DNA from: Chrysomallon squamiferum
Taxonomy: Eukaryota; Animalia; Mollusca
Direction: 5' to 3'
NCBI GenBank assembly: GCA_012295275.1
Contig: CM022665.1
Span: 16,616,001-16,680,000 of the forward strand
Length of the DNA stretch: 64,000 nucleotides
A model generated the notes under the pieces. That model worked only from the letters and a program-made list of their open reading frames with translations. It ran no database searches and was not told the origin of the DNA. This document shows positions 13,109 through 27,582 of the stretch, one piece after another (position 1 is the first letter of the stretch; the number at the start of each line of letters is the position of its first letter). The translations under genes were made by a program, and so were the position numbers.

Positions 13109-16100
13109 TGATAATTACTTATACCATAACATATTAACCACAGCTAACTGCATTCAACACAAAAAACAAACAAGTAAATATTTTATATCAGTATTTTAAT
13201 GCCAACAGTAACAAACAAAATACCAAAAGAACTGTTTATATGTCATGACTCACAAGAAATCAAAATGACCTGGATTTTATCATAAATATATATGTATTTA
13301 TACGAAGCGGTTATGTGGCATGCATTTTATTATTGTAAAACATAATGACAAGGAAATTAAATGGTTTGTTGTTGCTGTTTTTCTCTCTAATTCAACACCT
13401 GAGAAAAGTAGTTTTATTCTTAACATGATATGCATATAAATAATCTTACAACAGATTACTTATCCAGTAAATATTATTTTAAACTTTTTTTTATAGATGA
13501 AAGTTGCAGTTACTGTTTTATTCTAACATCGTCAAGCAACAACAAACTAGAATAATCACACATCTGATAGATAAAAATAACAAAGTATGTCCAACTGTTT
13601 ATTACAACTGCATTATACAGCATTTTCCATTACATTTGAATCATACAATAAAGTAACATAAACATTTTTAAACCATGAAAATTAAAAGTAAATTCACCAG
13701 ATAAATGCATCCAGCAACAGGCTGGTACTCCAAGGTTAGGACAGAGGCCTCAGTAACCATAAGATGAAGAAACAATCATCAATTCCCAAATGTGGCTGTT
13801 AAACCATTTTGATGCATATTTCACGAGTATGTAACAAAAATGAAAATGACTGTACTTTCCTAACTGGGAAGTTGCATTTAAAAGATCTCATGCAACTAGC
13901 AAGCAATTCACAAACAGATACTTTTGTAATCATTATTCATTTGCATACCTTGAACAGCCACTTACTCGAAATGTGTTGAGATCTTTAAAAATTTTAAATT
14001 ATTATTCAAGTTATTTTTTTAGAATAGGTATTTTATCAGAAACAAGAGGACATGATGAATATAGTTTGTGAGTAAAAGTATGCATCCATATTTTTTCTCT
14101 TGTTTTTCTTTAGATTATTCCAGTTTTGTAGCAGATTAGTGTATCCTTAACAAAATAATTATACATCAATAGTTGCCTTATTACCATTAATAAACATAAT
14201 TATGACTAATTTCCTTGAAATAGGTGGGCATTTCTGTTCTGAACCTAGTAACAGATGGAGTGAATTTAAAAAATAATAATAAATAGATAAAAAAGGATAA
14301 TTTGCACCAAGTTGAGAAATTAGCTTAACTTGAAAAATAAGAAAACTGATACTAATTATATAGGTGAATATAAGCTGGTAACATTACTTCTGAATGCATT
14401 AGAAAATTGCAACCAGCAGATTATCAAGAAAAGATTTCTGGTATTTCTTTGTTACTGTCAAGTTATTCTAGCCAGTGTCTCTTCCTCAAAAGTGCATGGT
14501 ATGTGCTCTCCTGCCTGGAAAGATGCATGCAAAAAAACCTGTATTCTCAATCTGGATGGTACAGATTCTTTGGGGTTGATAACACAGAGGCTAGGTAAAC
14601 AAGATGTAATTATATAACGTATTATATCTTCACCACAATTTATTCTATTTCTGCGATCATTATTCAATTTAATCTTAGAAAACAAACCTTTAAAATTACT
14701 TGAAAAGATACATAGAAAAAAAGACGAAAAAAGATAACAAGACAGGTTAAGATCACTGAAATACAAAATAACTAATAACAGGAATGGATTTTCTTTCTCA
14801 TGTTAAACACATCTTGTAACATAATTCAAACATCACTATTAAAATGTGATACAGTTTTGTTGAATATTCATTTATTTGTTACAGCTAAAATATGAGAAAT
14901 CTAATTTACTATATAATAGCTTATTATTCTAATGATCAGTTACCACAAATCATTGTTACCAATACACTTGTGAGTAACACTAAAGCTAAGTTTTAATACA
15001 TAAATCAATGTATATAAAATGTGATAACAGAAATACATATATTTACATATAAAACATAAAAAGCACACTTATAACACATGATAAAGGGTTGTATACAGAT
15101 TATAAATAATTGTCCAAGCCATAAAATGGTGGAATGACAAATTGGTCAAGTTGTGATATTAAATCTATAATTATCACACATCATTTTCATATTGTTATGC
15201 ACATATTTAACCTAGGCTAAAATTTTAATATAAATATCAAATTAAAATCATCACACTGGCATTATTAAAATGTGGATTTTGACGAGATGTGAAGGCTGAG
15301 AGACAAAATAATACCAAGTCAAAGAGCAAAAGATACCTCTTTTAATTTAACTGAGTACCAAAATATTCTCTTTTAAAAGACAAAACTGATTGGATCAAAA
15401 TATAAAGGTAAAAAAAACACACACCCCAAAACATCATGTAAATTAAGATAGAGTTGTATGTGAATTAATATGTTTGTGATATGTAAGTTTATGCATTTAA
15501 ATGTTATTGTGTATTTTAAAACATTTAATGGCTAAGAATAAAACCAATTAAAAAATATAGTATTACATCCTTTAAAAAACAAAAAACAATTAAAAAGAAT
15601 ATAACATTACATCCTTTAACAACTAAATAAAATGACATAATATGCAGTATTAATATACAATACACTGTTGAACTGTCCATTTCAAGAATTCTAATGATGT
15701 TGAGAATATCATTTATTACGTACCAAATAAATATTTATTTAATTAATTATTCAGTTATTATGCTAAAACAGATACATGAAGTGTTCTACTCACCATTTTA
15801 AATTATACATTCCACCCAGAAGGATCAAGTAAGAACATTTGGTGACAGTATTTAAAAATGTTTAATGCTTTTTATATCAAGAAAAGATGAAAAAAAAAAA
15901 TACTTGATGAAATTCAAATGCAAAATATATATATGGAAAAATGAGTCCATTCTTTAATGAATAAATAATGATATGTTGTGGAATAATCACATAGTTTTAA
16001 CAAAAGAAATCAAAATTAAGGTCAAAGGGGATTATAAACTATTAATATATAATTTCATTATAAACTTAGGAGGAAGACAATATTAAAAACAAATAATAAT

Positions 16101-16378
16101 AATAATAAAAATTTAAACAGATAATAATAATAACAATAATAAATAATTTAAAAAACAAAAAGGTATTACTTTTAGCTCATTGTTGTTTTGTTTGCAGTGT
16201 AATATCAGACTGTAAGTTTAAAATGACAGTGAATAATATGTATTAACACAATTTGCATTAAAAATACATAAAATTATAATTATGCAAATAAAATATATAC
16301 ATTTCACTAAGACCAATGCATTGTATATTAGAATGTTTAAAAAAACTAAAATAATAAAACAACAGCACAGAACAAACA

Positions 16379-16384
<6 letters not shown>

Positions 16385-16431
<47 letters not shown>
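16385..16431. repeat. (AT)n microsatellite
   Basis: Direct reading. Confidence 0.95.
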
Positions 16432-16432
<1 letters not shown>

Positions 16433-16636
16433 TTGTGTGTGTTTGTCTGTTTACGTACGTATGTATAATATCCCATTTATATAAAGATGAATGAAGACTA
16501 TGCTTCTGTGTTTGGACTTAAAAAATATAAGTTCAAATAAAAATCACACATTATGTTATAAACACTAGGCATCTTGTAAATGAACGAAGTGCCTTTACAC
16601 ATGTACACACACACAAACATACAATACAGACACTTG

Positions 16637-16677
<41 letters not shown>

Positions 16678-19073
16678 ACGTCTGTTTAATATTTTTACTT
16701 TATAAGGTCATCAAGAGTGATCTGAATTTAAGTAAGGACTGAAACTTTATAATTTTACCCATTACAGCAAGAAAAAAAAAAAAAAGAGAGAAAAGACAAC
16801 GATAATTACAGAATGGACTAAGTCAAGTTTCTGATTAGTCATTGTGAAACATTTATCTTTAAAACAGATAACTCAGATGGGTGATGGCCAAATATTCATT
16901 TCTAAACAATCCCCCCACCCCCAATTATGTTTTAAGCAATTTTAAATTCTTAATTTAAATTAAAAATATATTTGTATCTTTGAATTATTTCTAGTAATTT
17001 CCTTTTTCACATTATTGTTATTTTATTATTTTTATTTCTTTATTTATTGTTTGTTTGTTTTTTGTTTGTTTTTTTGTCCAATTGGAAAAACAAAACAAAA
17101 CAAAAAAAAAATTCAATAAAAGATTTTTTTTTTTTTTTTGGACTTGTTTAAATATATTTTGTTTTTTTTATTGTAATTTACATTATTAAAAATAAAATAA
17201 AATAATAATTATTTTTAGTTTTAGTTTTAACATAAATTAGATATTGATTGCCATATATATTTGTTTTCCATTAATTTCACTTTAGATTAGTATCTGCTTA
17301 CTTGGACAAGTGTTGCTTAAAGACTGAAACATTATTTAAATAATGTTATAAAACGTTGTTATAAAACAATTCACTCAATACAAGAAAGAATAAAGACTAC
17401 CATTAACATAAAATATGCATTTTTTCACATAAAAATAAATAAATAAATAAATAAAAATAGACAAAAATAGACAAAAAAAATAAAATAATAATAAAAATAC
17501 AATCTGTCACTTGCTCAATTCAAAATATATTTATCTTTTATTAATACTTTATTTATCTTTATTTTACTTATTTTGTAAGTATAATCAGAAATATGTGCAT
17601 AAACAATTAGTTATAACAATGTTCACATAAAATTTGAAATAATATTAACAGAGACAAAAATATAAGAAATATGTACATATAAACACATGTACTAACAGGC
17701 AAAATGCGTATCTAAAATATTTTCATATAATACAAATCCAGGTATTTACTTCAACACAAACATACAAACATTTAAATGGACTTCCAAAAACATCCTCTTT
17801 AACCAGAACATAAAGCGTTTATAAATATCAGACATTTTTTTTATCACTCACAATCAATGGCTTGTTCCTATGAAAGAAGTCAGTTTATATATTTTTTCTA
17901 TTTTTAGACTTACTGTACAAGTACTGAACCATTTATCCAGCTTCCAGAAAAACAGCTGTTTTTCAAACTCACAACTTTTGATTTAGTTTCCTTAACACAA
18001 GTTCAAGTGAAAGTGTTTCTACGAACAGGTGATCTTCTCACAATCTACTCTCATTTTCATTTATATCATGTTTAAAAGACAATAAAAAATGTGACTTGCT
18101 AGTGAAAAACATATTCTATACATGTACTTTAAGAATTTTAAGTGAATTAATAAAAGATGAAACAGACCCTGTTTTAGAAGTGTATTAATTTGTGTCTGTT
18201 AAATATAGTTTCATTGTTTATTTTATATTTTAAGTAAATATTTAGTCTATCCAGAAACGTGACAAACACAGAAATATGGAACTTCTGGTTCCAAGTTTGC
18301 TGGATAAATGGTTCATGACCTGTATATATTTTTTAAAACTTCAGAATTAGTTATGTACTTTAGTATAAAACTCTAAATTACTTTTTAAGTTACAAAAGCT
18401 TAAGTTAATGATTATAGCTAGTTCACATTTTTCACTGTCCAGCTGAGTCCAGTGTTTTTCACCATGAAAATGTTCTGACTTAGCAAACATTACAACTATA
18501 CAAATAGTTTTTTGATAAATAAATGATCTGAAAAATAAAACAAACTGAATTTCATCACACATTTCCCCTGTAGCCCTTAATAGCTAGTGATGATTTACAA
18601 CAGACTTTTCAGGCAGAAGTCACATACAGCTAAAATAAGCTTAGAAATAGCAATATCTACTAAAATACAAATTAATTATTCTAATAATTTGTCAAATTCA
18701 TCTGTAGTTAATCAACAAGAGGTGATATATTGTTACATAGCACTTTAATAAATCTTGTAAGTTTTATGGCAATCTATTTTTTAAAAATATTATTACCGAA
18801 CAAATAATATGCAGCACTACTTTGCTAGTGAATATTTCTTGGTATAATGTATCTTTAAATATTCTTCAAATTTCCTGTAATAAACAAATGTATATGAATC
18901 TGACAGATCATCTGGATCTTTACACAGTGTTCTGTGTGAATCTGCATGCTTAACAAACTGCTTTTTAATTTTCAAATTAATTATCTGCAATAATCGAAAG
19001 TGTAAAATAATTCTACCAAATTAAATTGCACTATACAAATTGTTCATGCAAATTATCTGGTGCAACAACACCT

Positions 19074-19958
19074 TTATCTGGTTACAGGTTTTTCAAATTC
19101 AATATCTACATCACTATCAGTGTCATCATTGAGGGTGACCAATGTCTGGCCATTGGCACCTGTGTGGATCAGTCTCTTCATGGAGATGTCATCATCATCA
19201 CCAATAGAACCACCATTCCTGTACAAACATGCTATGACTGCACCAATAAGCAGCATAAAAACAAAGACAACTCCTATGTGCCATGTGAAGTACAACGTTG
19301 CTATCATCATTTGTTCTGGATCTTCTTGATCCCATTTTGCTGCAGAGGTATCTGGATTGTATAAGATATAGCCTATGTGCCAGAACCATGTGCCTTGAAT
19401 AAATAGAAAATAGGTTCGGACAAGTGTTGCTAAGACATTGTGACGGAATCGCATCTCAATAAGTAATGATAAAATGTTGGCATAGATGGTGTACAGCAGT
19501 AAAGTGTGTAGCAATACATCAAGCTCTGTTCGTCCATGAAGATGAAACTTGAAAAGCAAACCTTCAATGACGAAGGCTAAAACATTGCTGATGTAATCAA
19601 TGTCTGGTGGCAGAGGTGCACGGTAATGAACTAAAATATCCATCACACCGGTCATTCCAAAGAAGAAGAACATTGTTGCATGCTGTCCATTCCCAATAGC
19701 GACAAAATGCCCATCGCGCATGCCTGTGTAAATTTCTAACGAAAGACCAACAGATATAACAAAAATTTTGCAGCAACCTTCTACTGGAAATTCTTTCAGT
19801 TTGCCACACAAACAGGAACATGGGTAAGCAATGCAGGACGTGAAACGCTGGTTTCGCTGTCTACAGATGTAGTATTTTCTGAAAATATTTACTGTGTACC
19901 ATAGAGCAAACATGAAGAAAAATGATCCAGGAAGAGCATGTCCACCAAAGCTTCCCAT
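19074..19958 (-). CDS. TMEM45B: Transmembrane protein 45 family (DUF716), TMEM45B-like, 294 aa, single coding exon
   Basis: Uninterrupted ORF starting MGSFGGHALPGSFF, with QHATMFFFFG, FxIEGLLFxFHLHGR, QGTWFWHIG and FTWH motifs and about 7 hydrophobic segments. The A versus B paralog assignment is nominal. Confidence 0.92.
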   Translation of the reverse strand: MGSFGGHALPGSFFFMFALWYTVNIFRKYYICRQRNQRFTSCIAYPCSCLCGKLKEFPVEGCCKIFVISVGLSLEIYTGMRDGHFVAIGNGQHATMFFFFGMTGVMDILVHYRAPLPPDIDYISNVLAFVIEGLLFKFHLHGRTELDVLLHTLLLYTIYANILSLLIEMRFRHNVLATLVRTYFLFIQGTWFWHIGYILYNPDTSAAKWDQEDPEQMMIATLYFTWHIGVVFVFMLLIGAVIACLYRNGGSIGDDDDISMKRLIHTGANGQTLVTLNDDTDSDVDIEFEKPVTR

Positions 19959-20133
19959 TGTGAATTCTAATTCTGAAATCAGTTATACTTCAGTCAGATC
20001 TGCATGTATCTGAAAGTTAAAAAAAAAAAAAAAAATAAATAAGACACTGGTAATCATTTTAATTAAATCTGAAAGTGTTAGGGTAAAAAAAAAAATAGTA
20101 ATAATAATAAGAATAATAATAATAAAGATGATG

Positions 20134-20167
<34 letters not shown>

Positions 20168-20647
20168 ATTTAATGCAAAGTCATTAAACATTAATTTAAT
20201 TACAGTGCCATCTTTAAATACATAAAGTCATGTAATAAAATTATGTTTTAATGACTTCGTATTAATTTTCTTCTTTTATATATATATATATTTGGTGGGG
20301 GTTTTTAAGTTTATACATACTATTAAATATATATTTAATAATTCATCTTTTAACAATCATGGTACTGGTCGACTTAAAGAATACAAAAAGTTAGTATCAA
20401 AAACAAAACTTCAAAGAATCAGTTTACAACCATTACATGATGCTCATGACTCCTGTCACCGAATGATCATAAAAAGACATAATCATGATAATCGTAATAA
20501 CGATATTAATAATGGAACTCGGTCACTAGAACTCAGAAGTAAAATGAAAGCAGACGATTTGTCAAACACTTCAAAGACCAATAAAATAAAGCATTAATAA
20601 AACAGCTATCATTATCAAAATCATTTACAACTGAAAATTGTGACTAC

Positions 20648-20760
20648 CTGTTGTCAATTAAGTCACAAACAAACTGATGTCAATTTTCAAAAAATGTAAA
20701 AGGAACCCACTTGTAAAATCGTCAGCTGACTCTGTATCGCCGCCATATTTACTTGTTCAT
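20648..20760 (-). promoter_or_regulatory. Probable non-coding first exon and core promoter of TMEM45
   Basis: YY1-like AAATATGGCGGCG at 20750-20738. Donor CAG|GTAGTC at 20648/20647 and acceptor TTTCAG at 20010-20011, 51 nt upstream of the ATG. Confidence 0.55.
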
Positions 20761-21981
20761 AATATTTTCTGCCTTAGATATGAAAGCACTACAATTTATA
20801 ACCGCATCCTAAATGGTGTTTAGGCCCCATAAGATCTCTTTGAGAATATATATATATATATTAAAATTGATGCTTTAATTTAACTATATATTTCACCGTA
20901 CTTCTGTGGCCGCTATAAAATTCAATTTATGTGGCGCCAACGGTCAAAATTATTTGAAAAGTGACTGTCAAAAAAAATATAAAATAATAATAATAAAAAA
21001 AATAAAAATAAATAAAAAAATAAAAAAGAAGAAGAAGGGCTGAGAACCACTGAGAAACTACTGATAGAAATAACATTAGCATAAAAATGTACCACTGTTT
21101 TAAAAATGAAAGATTAATTACCTTTGTTCAACAAAATCACACATCAATGTAAATATAGTAACTCTATATTTAGTAAGAACACATGTACTTATTTTAATTC
21201 TAACAACACGAAAAATTAATATTAAATTACTGTATTCTAGCGTAAAGGAAATGTAAGTAAAAACATCCACTGTCAAACAAAACATTTTGTTATAAATTAG
21301 AATTATTGTCTGTTGTTTTATAAAACAATTGTTAATAATGAGCTCATGCAATACAGGAAGAGAGAGGGTGGGAGTGAGAGGGAGGGAGAGATAGTTATGT
21401 GGCTTTATTTCATACGCAACAAAGAGATGCTTATTGAAAACAGAAATACTGACAACAGCTGTCAGGAAATTAGTTTTTATTCTTTTATATCGATTTCTTT
21501 GTCTGATAATGATGGGTTTATTTATCAGTTTTCTAATTTGCAACTTTTACTGTTTACACAACACAGTGTTACAGTTGTATAATGTAATATGCAAGGTTAA
21601 ATTGAACGTTGTTTAAACAGACATTTACTTAGAAAAAAACTGATTTGTTAAAGAAAATATTGATGTATTTATTGCTATACACTTGCTAGAATTTAGTAAG
21701 GTGAGCAAAGAACACACACATACATACACACATGCATACACACATACACATATTTAAACAGCACATAAGTGGCATCTGCAGTGCACTCACTGATCCTCGG
21801 TTCTGATTATATTAAGTCTTCTGCATTCTTTGTACGTTATGGCTGAACAGGGTATGTACTTCATGAACGTTTATGCACTTTATAAGCAGTAAAACACTTG
21901 ACTAATTTGTCTCAGGTAAGAGAAACTCAACAGAAAGCTTTAACATTAAGCTGAATTCCCAAAACACGTAATTATAATTAA

Positions 21982-23922
21982 TTACACAGAGACTTTCTTC
22001 TCTTCAGCCACTTTTCTTGACCTCCTCCTCCCCAGGGTCATATCTACGTGTTGTTGAATCTTGATGACACTGTTTACAACCTAACAAAATCTGTAAAACA
22101 TGAGAATTAAGCTGTAGTCCCAAAGCAGGTAATTACAGTTAATTACATACATAGGCTACTTGCTATATGGATGGACTGACTGCAACATTGCTGGCTGACA
22201 TAGCTGTTTGTCTGGCCGTATGGATGGATGGATGGATGGATGGATGGATGGATGGATGGATGGATGGATGGATGGACGAATGACTGAATGGAGGATGAAT
22301 GAATGGATGGATAGATGGATAGATGAATGGCTGAATGGCTGGATAATAAAACAAAACAAAACAAAACAAAATCAGTCAACCTGTAAACTCAGTATTTTTG
22401 AAGAGATAACTGAAAAATTCCGTGAAGTAACATTTAAACAATAACTCGTTCTTGCAAGCACGATTCAGCTGTAAAATAAAAAACGCGTACAATAAAAATA
22501 CCTCTGCGATCAAAACAAGCTAGTAAATGTCACAAAATGAAATCAACCAATGCCTACACAAGCTGTGGCTCATCTCCTATAACGCTTATAATTATTATTG
22601 TTCATCTAAACTTCTAAAATAAGTTCAAGTCTTGATACAGTATCCGTGAGAAGCCAGTAATACAATACAGAGGCACTAACTATGCGGTCGGTGACATATC
22701 AAAATAGCTGGCATTGCAGTGGACACGAACCATGAAATAAACAAGCACGACAAACTTGTATTAAAGGTTATGGCCACAGTGTACTCGGTATTTGGAGATC
22801 TAGGCGTATAGGACAGTTATGTACCTTTCCTCTAACTAATTTGCTGCCACACGAATAGTGTCTTTGAAAGATACTCCATGCTATATCGTTATGTGCCCAA
22901 GAAAGGCATGCAGAACATAATGCTGTGGTTAGGAAGTCAGATTTTGTCCGTTTCTCCCTTCCTTCAACCTCTTCATTCATTCTGTTATTGTGCACCCGAG
23001 CCAGTCTTTGGACCACCAGTCTCCAACCAAAAAAAAACCCACCAAAAAAAAAATACACACACACACACACACAAAAGTCCCACCACTTCCAAGACACCAA
23101 AACATCATCTTACTGTAGATTTTATCAAAGATTTTATAATTTTACACAGAAGAAGAAATTCATAAATATTCATAAACATGACGTAAGCGACTAATTAGAA
23201 TACCGTGATCAAGTGTAGAGCAGACAAAATTATTAAATGAGAAATATGACCTTGTAATGTAACGACAATACTCTGACAACGTCAACACTAACGTCAGCAT
23301 CATCAACAGACTTAACTAATTTAATAAAAATAGTAATAATAGCCATACAGCTAGTAACAAAACACCTAAAAAAAAACATAACCCCTCCTCAAAACCCCCC
23401 AAAACCCCAGTGCTATTACAATGACAATAAAAGTAACTTCAATGATAGATATTAAAGACTAAGTAGCGAAACTCGTTTAAATTCTCAGATATCACCATTA
23501 TTCTACATTTATATATTTATAAACTGTTTTTATTAAAATGCAATCAGATATGTCCTTGAATCCCATAAAAGCATAACAATCTGCAAAATGATCTTAGTTT
23601 GCAGGTGTTTTTTCTTGATTTTTTTTTTCATCTAAAGTTGAATATTACAAAGTATCAGTTTCAAAGTATATAATGTTGCTATTACTGTAAAATGAATTCA
23701 AATAGCAGTCAGTAAAAAAATTAAACAAAATAAAAATGCATAAAATAAATGTAAATAAATATATATATAAATAAACATTTTTAAAACAAAAATAATAAAT
23801 AAACAAAAATGCATAAATATATAAATAAATAAAAATTAGAAATAGTTCAAAAAGTCTTAAATGTGAATACTTATTTTTTTATTTTTTTACACACACATGG
23901 ACATGTTAATAAAACGAAAAAA

Positions 23923-23959
<37 letters not shown>

Positions 23960-24631
23960 TGTTTTCCAAAAGCAGAGATAATAATAATAATAAATGAAAA
24001 CACACACGCACACGCACGCACACACCAACACGTACGTTCGTACCCGACATACGCTTTCAAACAAATGTATATAATAAAATTCATCACAGAATCTAAAACC
24101 TTGGACAACTAGTTTACGTCATGCGGATTTGTGGAGAATAATTAAGCTATGATCATTGAATCTTATGTAACATTGGATATGTGTAACAATAGACGATTAA
24201 TATTCATCTCGTTTGCTCTTGTCTCTTTATTCAGCAGTCTAACAGTATCATTAATAAATGTGTTAAAGTCATAACATTTTTATTAAGTCAGTTCATACGA
24301 ATACAAAGCGAATAAACATTTGGTTTCACATGGCTCGGTGTGCTGGTTTATTTGTTAAGCCATTTCAATCGATGAGATTGTGTACAATAATTATTTAAAA
24401 ATCTTGGTGAATGTGGTGTAGGCTGGCATGGTATAGAAATCTGGTATTTCCTGAAAGTTTTATTAAATAAATATACATAGTTGTAGTACTGGTAGTAGGA
24501 GTAGTAATAGTAGTGGTAGTAGTAGTAGTAATAATAGTAATAGTAGTGGTAGCAGAAGAAACAGTAGTAGTAGGAGCTAGGAGAAGAAGAAAAAAGTCCA
24601 AATGTGTCACTAATATGAGAGAAAACAAGTC

Positions 24632-24729
<98 letters not shown>

Positions 24730-25356
24730 ATAAAAATATAAATAATATATTTGTAAACAGACGAAAGCTTTATCTCTGAAATAAGTAAATACTGGTAACT
24801 CTTTATTCCAGTCGGTGTTATATTATCTGTGGCAATATAAAAACCAGTTTAATCAAATAACAGAAGAATATCAAACTTCTGTTTAAGTAGGCACTTAATG
24901 TGATACGATCATAGCATTTCGAGCCGTTTTCCTAATACAAAATCAAAACAGTTTTGTAACATTGTTTAGTGTAATGTAAATACGTGTATCGCTCTCAGGC
25001 CTGAACGAATGTTTGCACAGCCACACACCAATACGTGTTTAATAATGAAACATTGTTACATTACAGCAATATTATTTTTATAAAGAAAAAAAGAAAAAGA
25101 AAGAAATTCGCAGCTGCAGTACAGTGGTCTATTTTTATAATTAACATTTTAAACATACATAGATAAATAGGCAGACTTAGATATATAGATAGACAGACAG
25201 ATATGCATTTTCACTTTCACAGTTGATATGACGTGATAATAATGGAACACTGGCAGGAACGGGAAATAGTGAAATATTATAATGGCAACAGACAGTTGTT
25301 AATCCTTACATAATGCTGTCTTCAGATCCAACCCGATTCATTTTCATATTTCCCAT
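21982..25356 (-). CDS. Candidate unannotated small spliced protein with IQ-like motif (up to about 113 aa)
   Basis: Phase-compatible segments 25310-25356, 22825-23020 and 21982-22080 give [21 protein letters not shown]...[33 protein letters not shown]|[32 protein letters not shown]. The middle acceptor is a weak GAG, and I recognise no family. Confidence 0.35.
22219..22345. repeat. (GGAT)n microsatellite with degenerate tail
   Basis: Direct reading; it explains the PSIH and WMDG ORFs. Confidence 0.95.
24635..24724. repeat. (AG)n microsatellite, about 45 units
   Basis: Direct reading. Confidence 0.97.
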
Positions 25357-26592
25357 GTGAGGTCATAATCTGTTACCGATAATACAGAATTCTCGTTTTA
25401 GTCACCAGTCACAGAATATTTGTTTTATAGGGGACTGACCAGATAAGCGCATTTTTTTAAATACGAATTTAAAGTGTCATAAATTTTATCTAACAGGACA
25501 CCCAGGACACCGACTGTTTCAGTAAGTTGTTTAGCAGCAGGAAGGAGCCCGCGGAACTCTCTTATCTACTTTTAGTTTTATGTATTACACGAGATTAAAA
25601 CAACGATGATCGCTTCTGGCTTGACGTCCATCTTGAGTTCAGTTCAGCTGTCAGTGTTTGTATGGGTGTGTGTGTGTGTCTGTGTGTGTCTGCGTTCTGC
25701 GTGCGTGTGTATGTGTTAGTAAGTGCGTGTATATGATCGTACATACACTCTGTGAGTTTGTGACAGTGTGCGAGTGTATATGCGTTTGAGACCTGTTATA
25801 GTGTAGTGTGCTTAATTTATTACAATTAAAAAACTAAAAATCGTGTCGAAAAAAAAGTGTATATTATAACTTTTATCAGCATTTATAGTCAAGTGCGAAC
25901 TGAATTTACAAATGAAATCAATATTGTCACATATTTTCACATGTATAATTATGAACGTGTTCACTAAACACAAACAGGTACATTTCCTTGATTCGTTTTC
26001 TTATTGATTAGACAGTACAACCTGTGATAAATACCTCCATTGTTTAATCTAACTGTAATAAGAAAAAACGTAAAAGGGTCAATATCCTGTTTCTGCACAC
26101 GCGAACATAATAACACACGCATATTCGCTCATGCAAATACACATACATAGTATACATTGGTAAGCTGATTACGGTTATATGCGTTGAATATATATATATA
26201 TATATCATGTTTCTTCAAAACTGTTAAAGATAATAATGCATAAAGAAAGAAGGAAGGAAAAAGAAAGGGAAGCAATTACAATGTGACCTGTATGGCTTTG
26301 TGAAAACATCTTCAAAAATATCGTCTGCTCTACGAAGCATAAAGATAAAAATAAAGAACAAGTGTCGTCTCTAGTTACGCATGTTAAATATACTTACTGT
26401 TTACTAGCCGCTGACACCACATATAAATAAATCTGAAACAGGTGAATACTTTGTAAGGAAATAACAAGTTTAATTTATAAAGTAACTCACAGGGAGTTAG
26501 TTAGCTGTTAAATGTGGCAGATCTATTAAGAAACGAAGTTTATGAAAAAAAAAAAAGGATTAAGAATAATACAGTACATGGTTTGTTTAGAG

Positions 26593-26871
26593 CACTGGTT
26601 TTCAACCTTTTTCATAAAACGCGACCCCTTATGAACAACTCAATATGCCCGATGAACCCCTTTAAAAATTTGTAATTCAATAATGTTTAGGGTTGCCATA
26701 TTTTCATCAACGAAAGACAGAACAAAAGGAATCTATATTCACTATGATGGGTCCCAAACCTATCTACAGGTTTTTATTTATTCCTCCTTCCAAGTCAAGT
26801 TGAAAATAACTAAAACATACCCCCGCGACCCCCAGAAAAGAGGCTGGCGACCTCCAGGTTGAAAAGCTATA
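26593..26871. mobile_element. Non-autonomous hAT (Charlie-like) MITE, 279 bp
   Basis: Exact 8-bp target site duplication GTTTAGAG (26585-26592 and 26872-26879). Termini CACTGGTTTTCAACCT and AGGTTGAAAAGCTATA. Subterminal GCGACC motifs at both ends. Confidence 0.85.
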
Positions 26872-27582
26872 GTTTAGAGATTATTTCCGATTAATGGGAC
26901 ATACATATATAGGAAGGGTGCAGGGATTACCTTGAAAATGGGGGATAAAATTATCTTAAGAAAGTGGGTTGTATTTTGGGAAGGTTGGGTGTCTTGGAAG
27001 TGATATATCTTGAGATAGTGGGGCATATTTTCAGAATATGGGATACACTTTGGGATTCTGGAATTTCTATTGGAAAGGTTATGTATACGATTGGAAGAGT
27101 TAAGTTGCAAAGAGATGAGACAACTTCGAAAACAAAAATAGAGGAGGAATCCCTTTAAGAGATGGGGCACAATTTAGAACAATGTATATTTTTATTATTG
27201 TTATTGTTGCTGTTGCTGCTGTTGATATTGTTATTATTGGTGCTGCTGTACCGAACATACATCCCTAAATAAAAGAAAATTAATTCTGCAATTATCTTGT
27301 GGGATTAGCCGTAAAAGGAAAGCACTGAATGACAGTTTTGTGTCTCACTTACTGAATGAGATATGTCATACAATACAACGAGAAAGAGACACAGCTTCGA
27401 GCCTGAGACAAATGAACCCCTGCATATTATGTTAGTAACATGAGTTCACAAGTAACGAGCAAATAAGACAGAAAGGAAAAAGGGAAGCTAAAATTTGATA
27501 CGTTGATAGGTTTTGTTATTGTAATTCATACTTTATTATTTGCCAAGGATGCTCACCTCTTTAAATCATTTGAATATATAAC

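Noticed and set aside
14330-14766. Overlapping ORFs with SPAWKDA, faintly like a LINE reverse-transcriptase motif
   Set aside because: No further RT motifs and no coherent splice pattern; the region lies between convergent 3' ends.
19026-19821. Short ORFs overlapping TMEM45 in other frames or on the other strand
   Set aside because: Shadow ORFs of a real CDS with no independent signal.
20820-21052. Possible hAT MITE ending GGCTGAGAACCACTG upstream of TMEM45
   Set aside because: Only one terminus is visible, with no matching inverted repeat or target site duplication.
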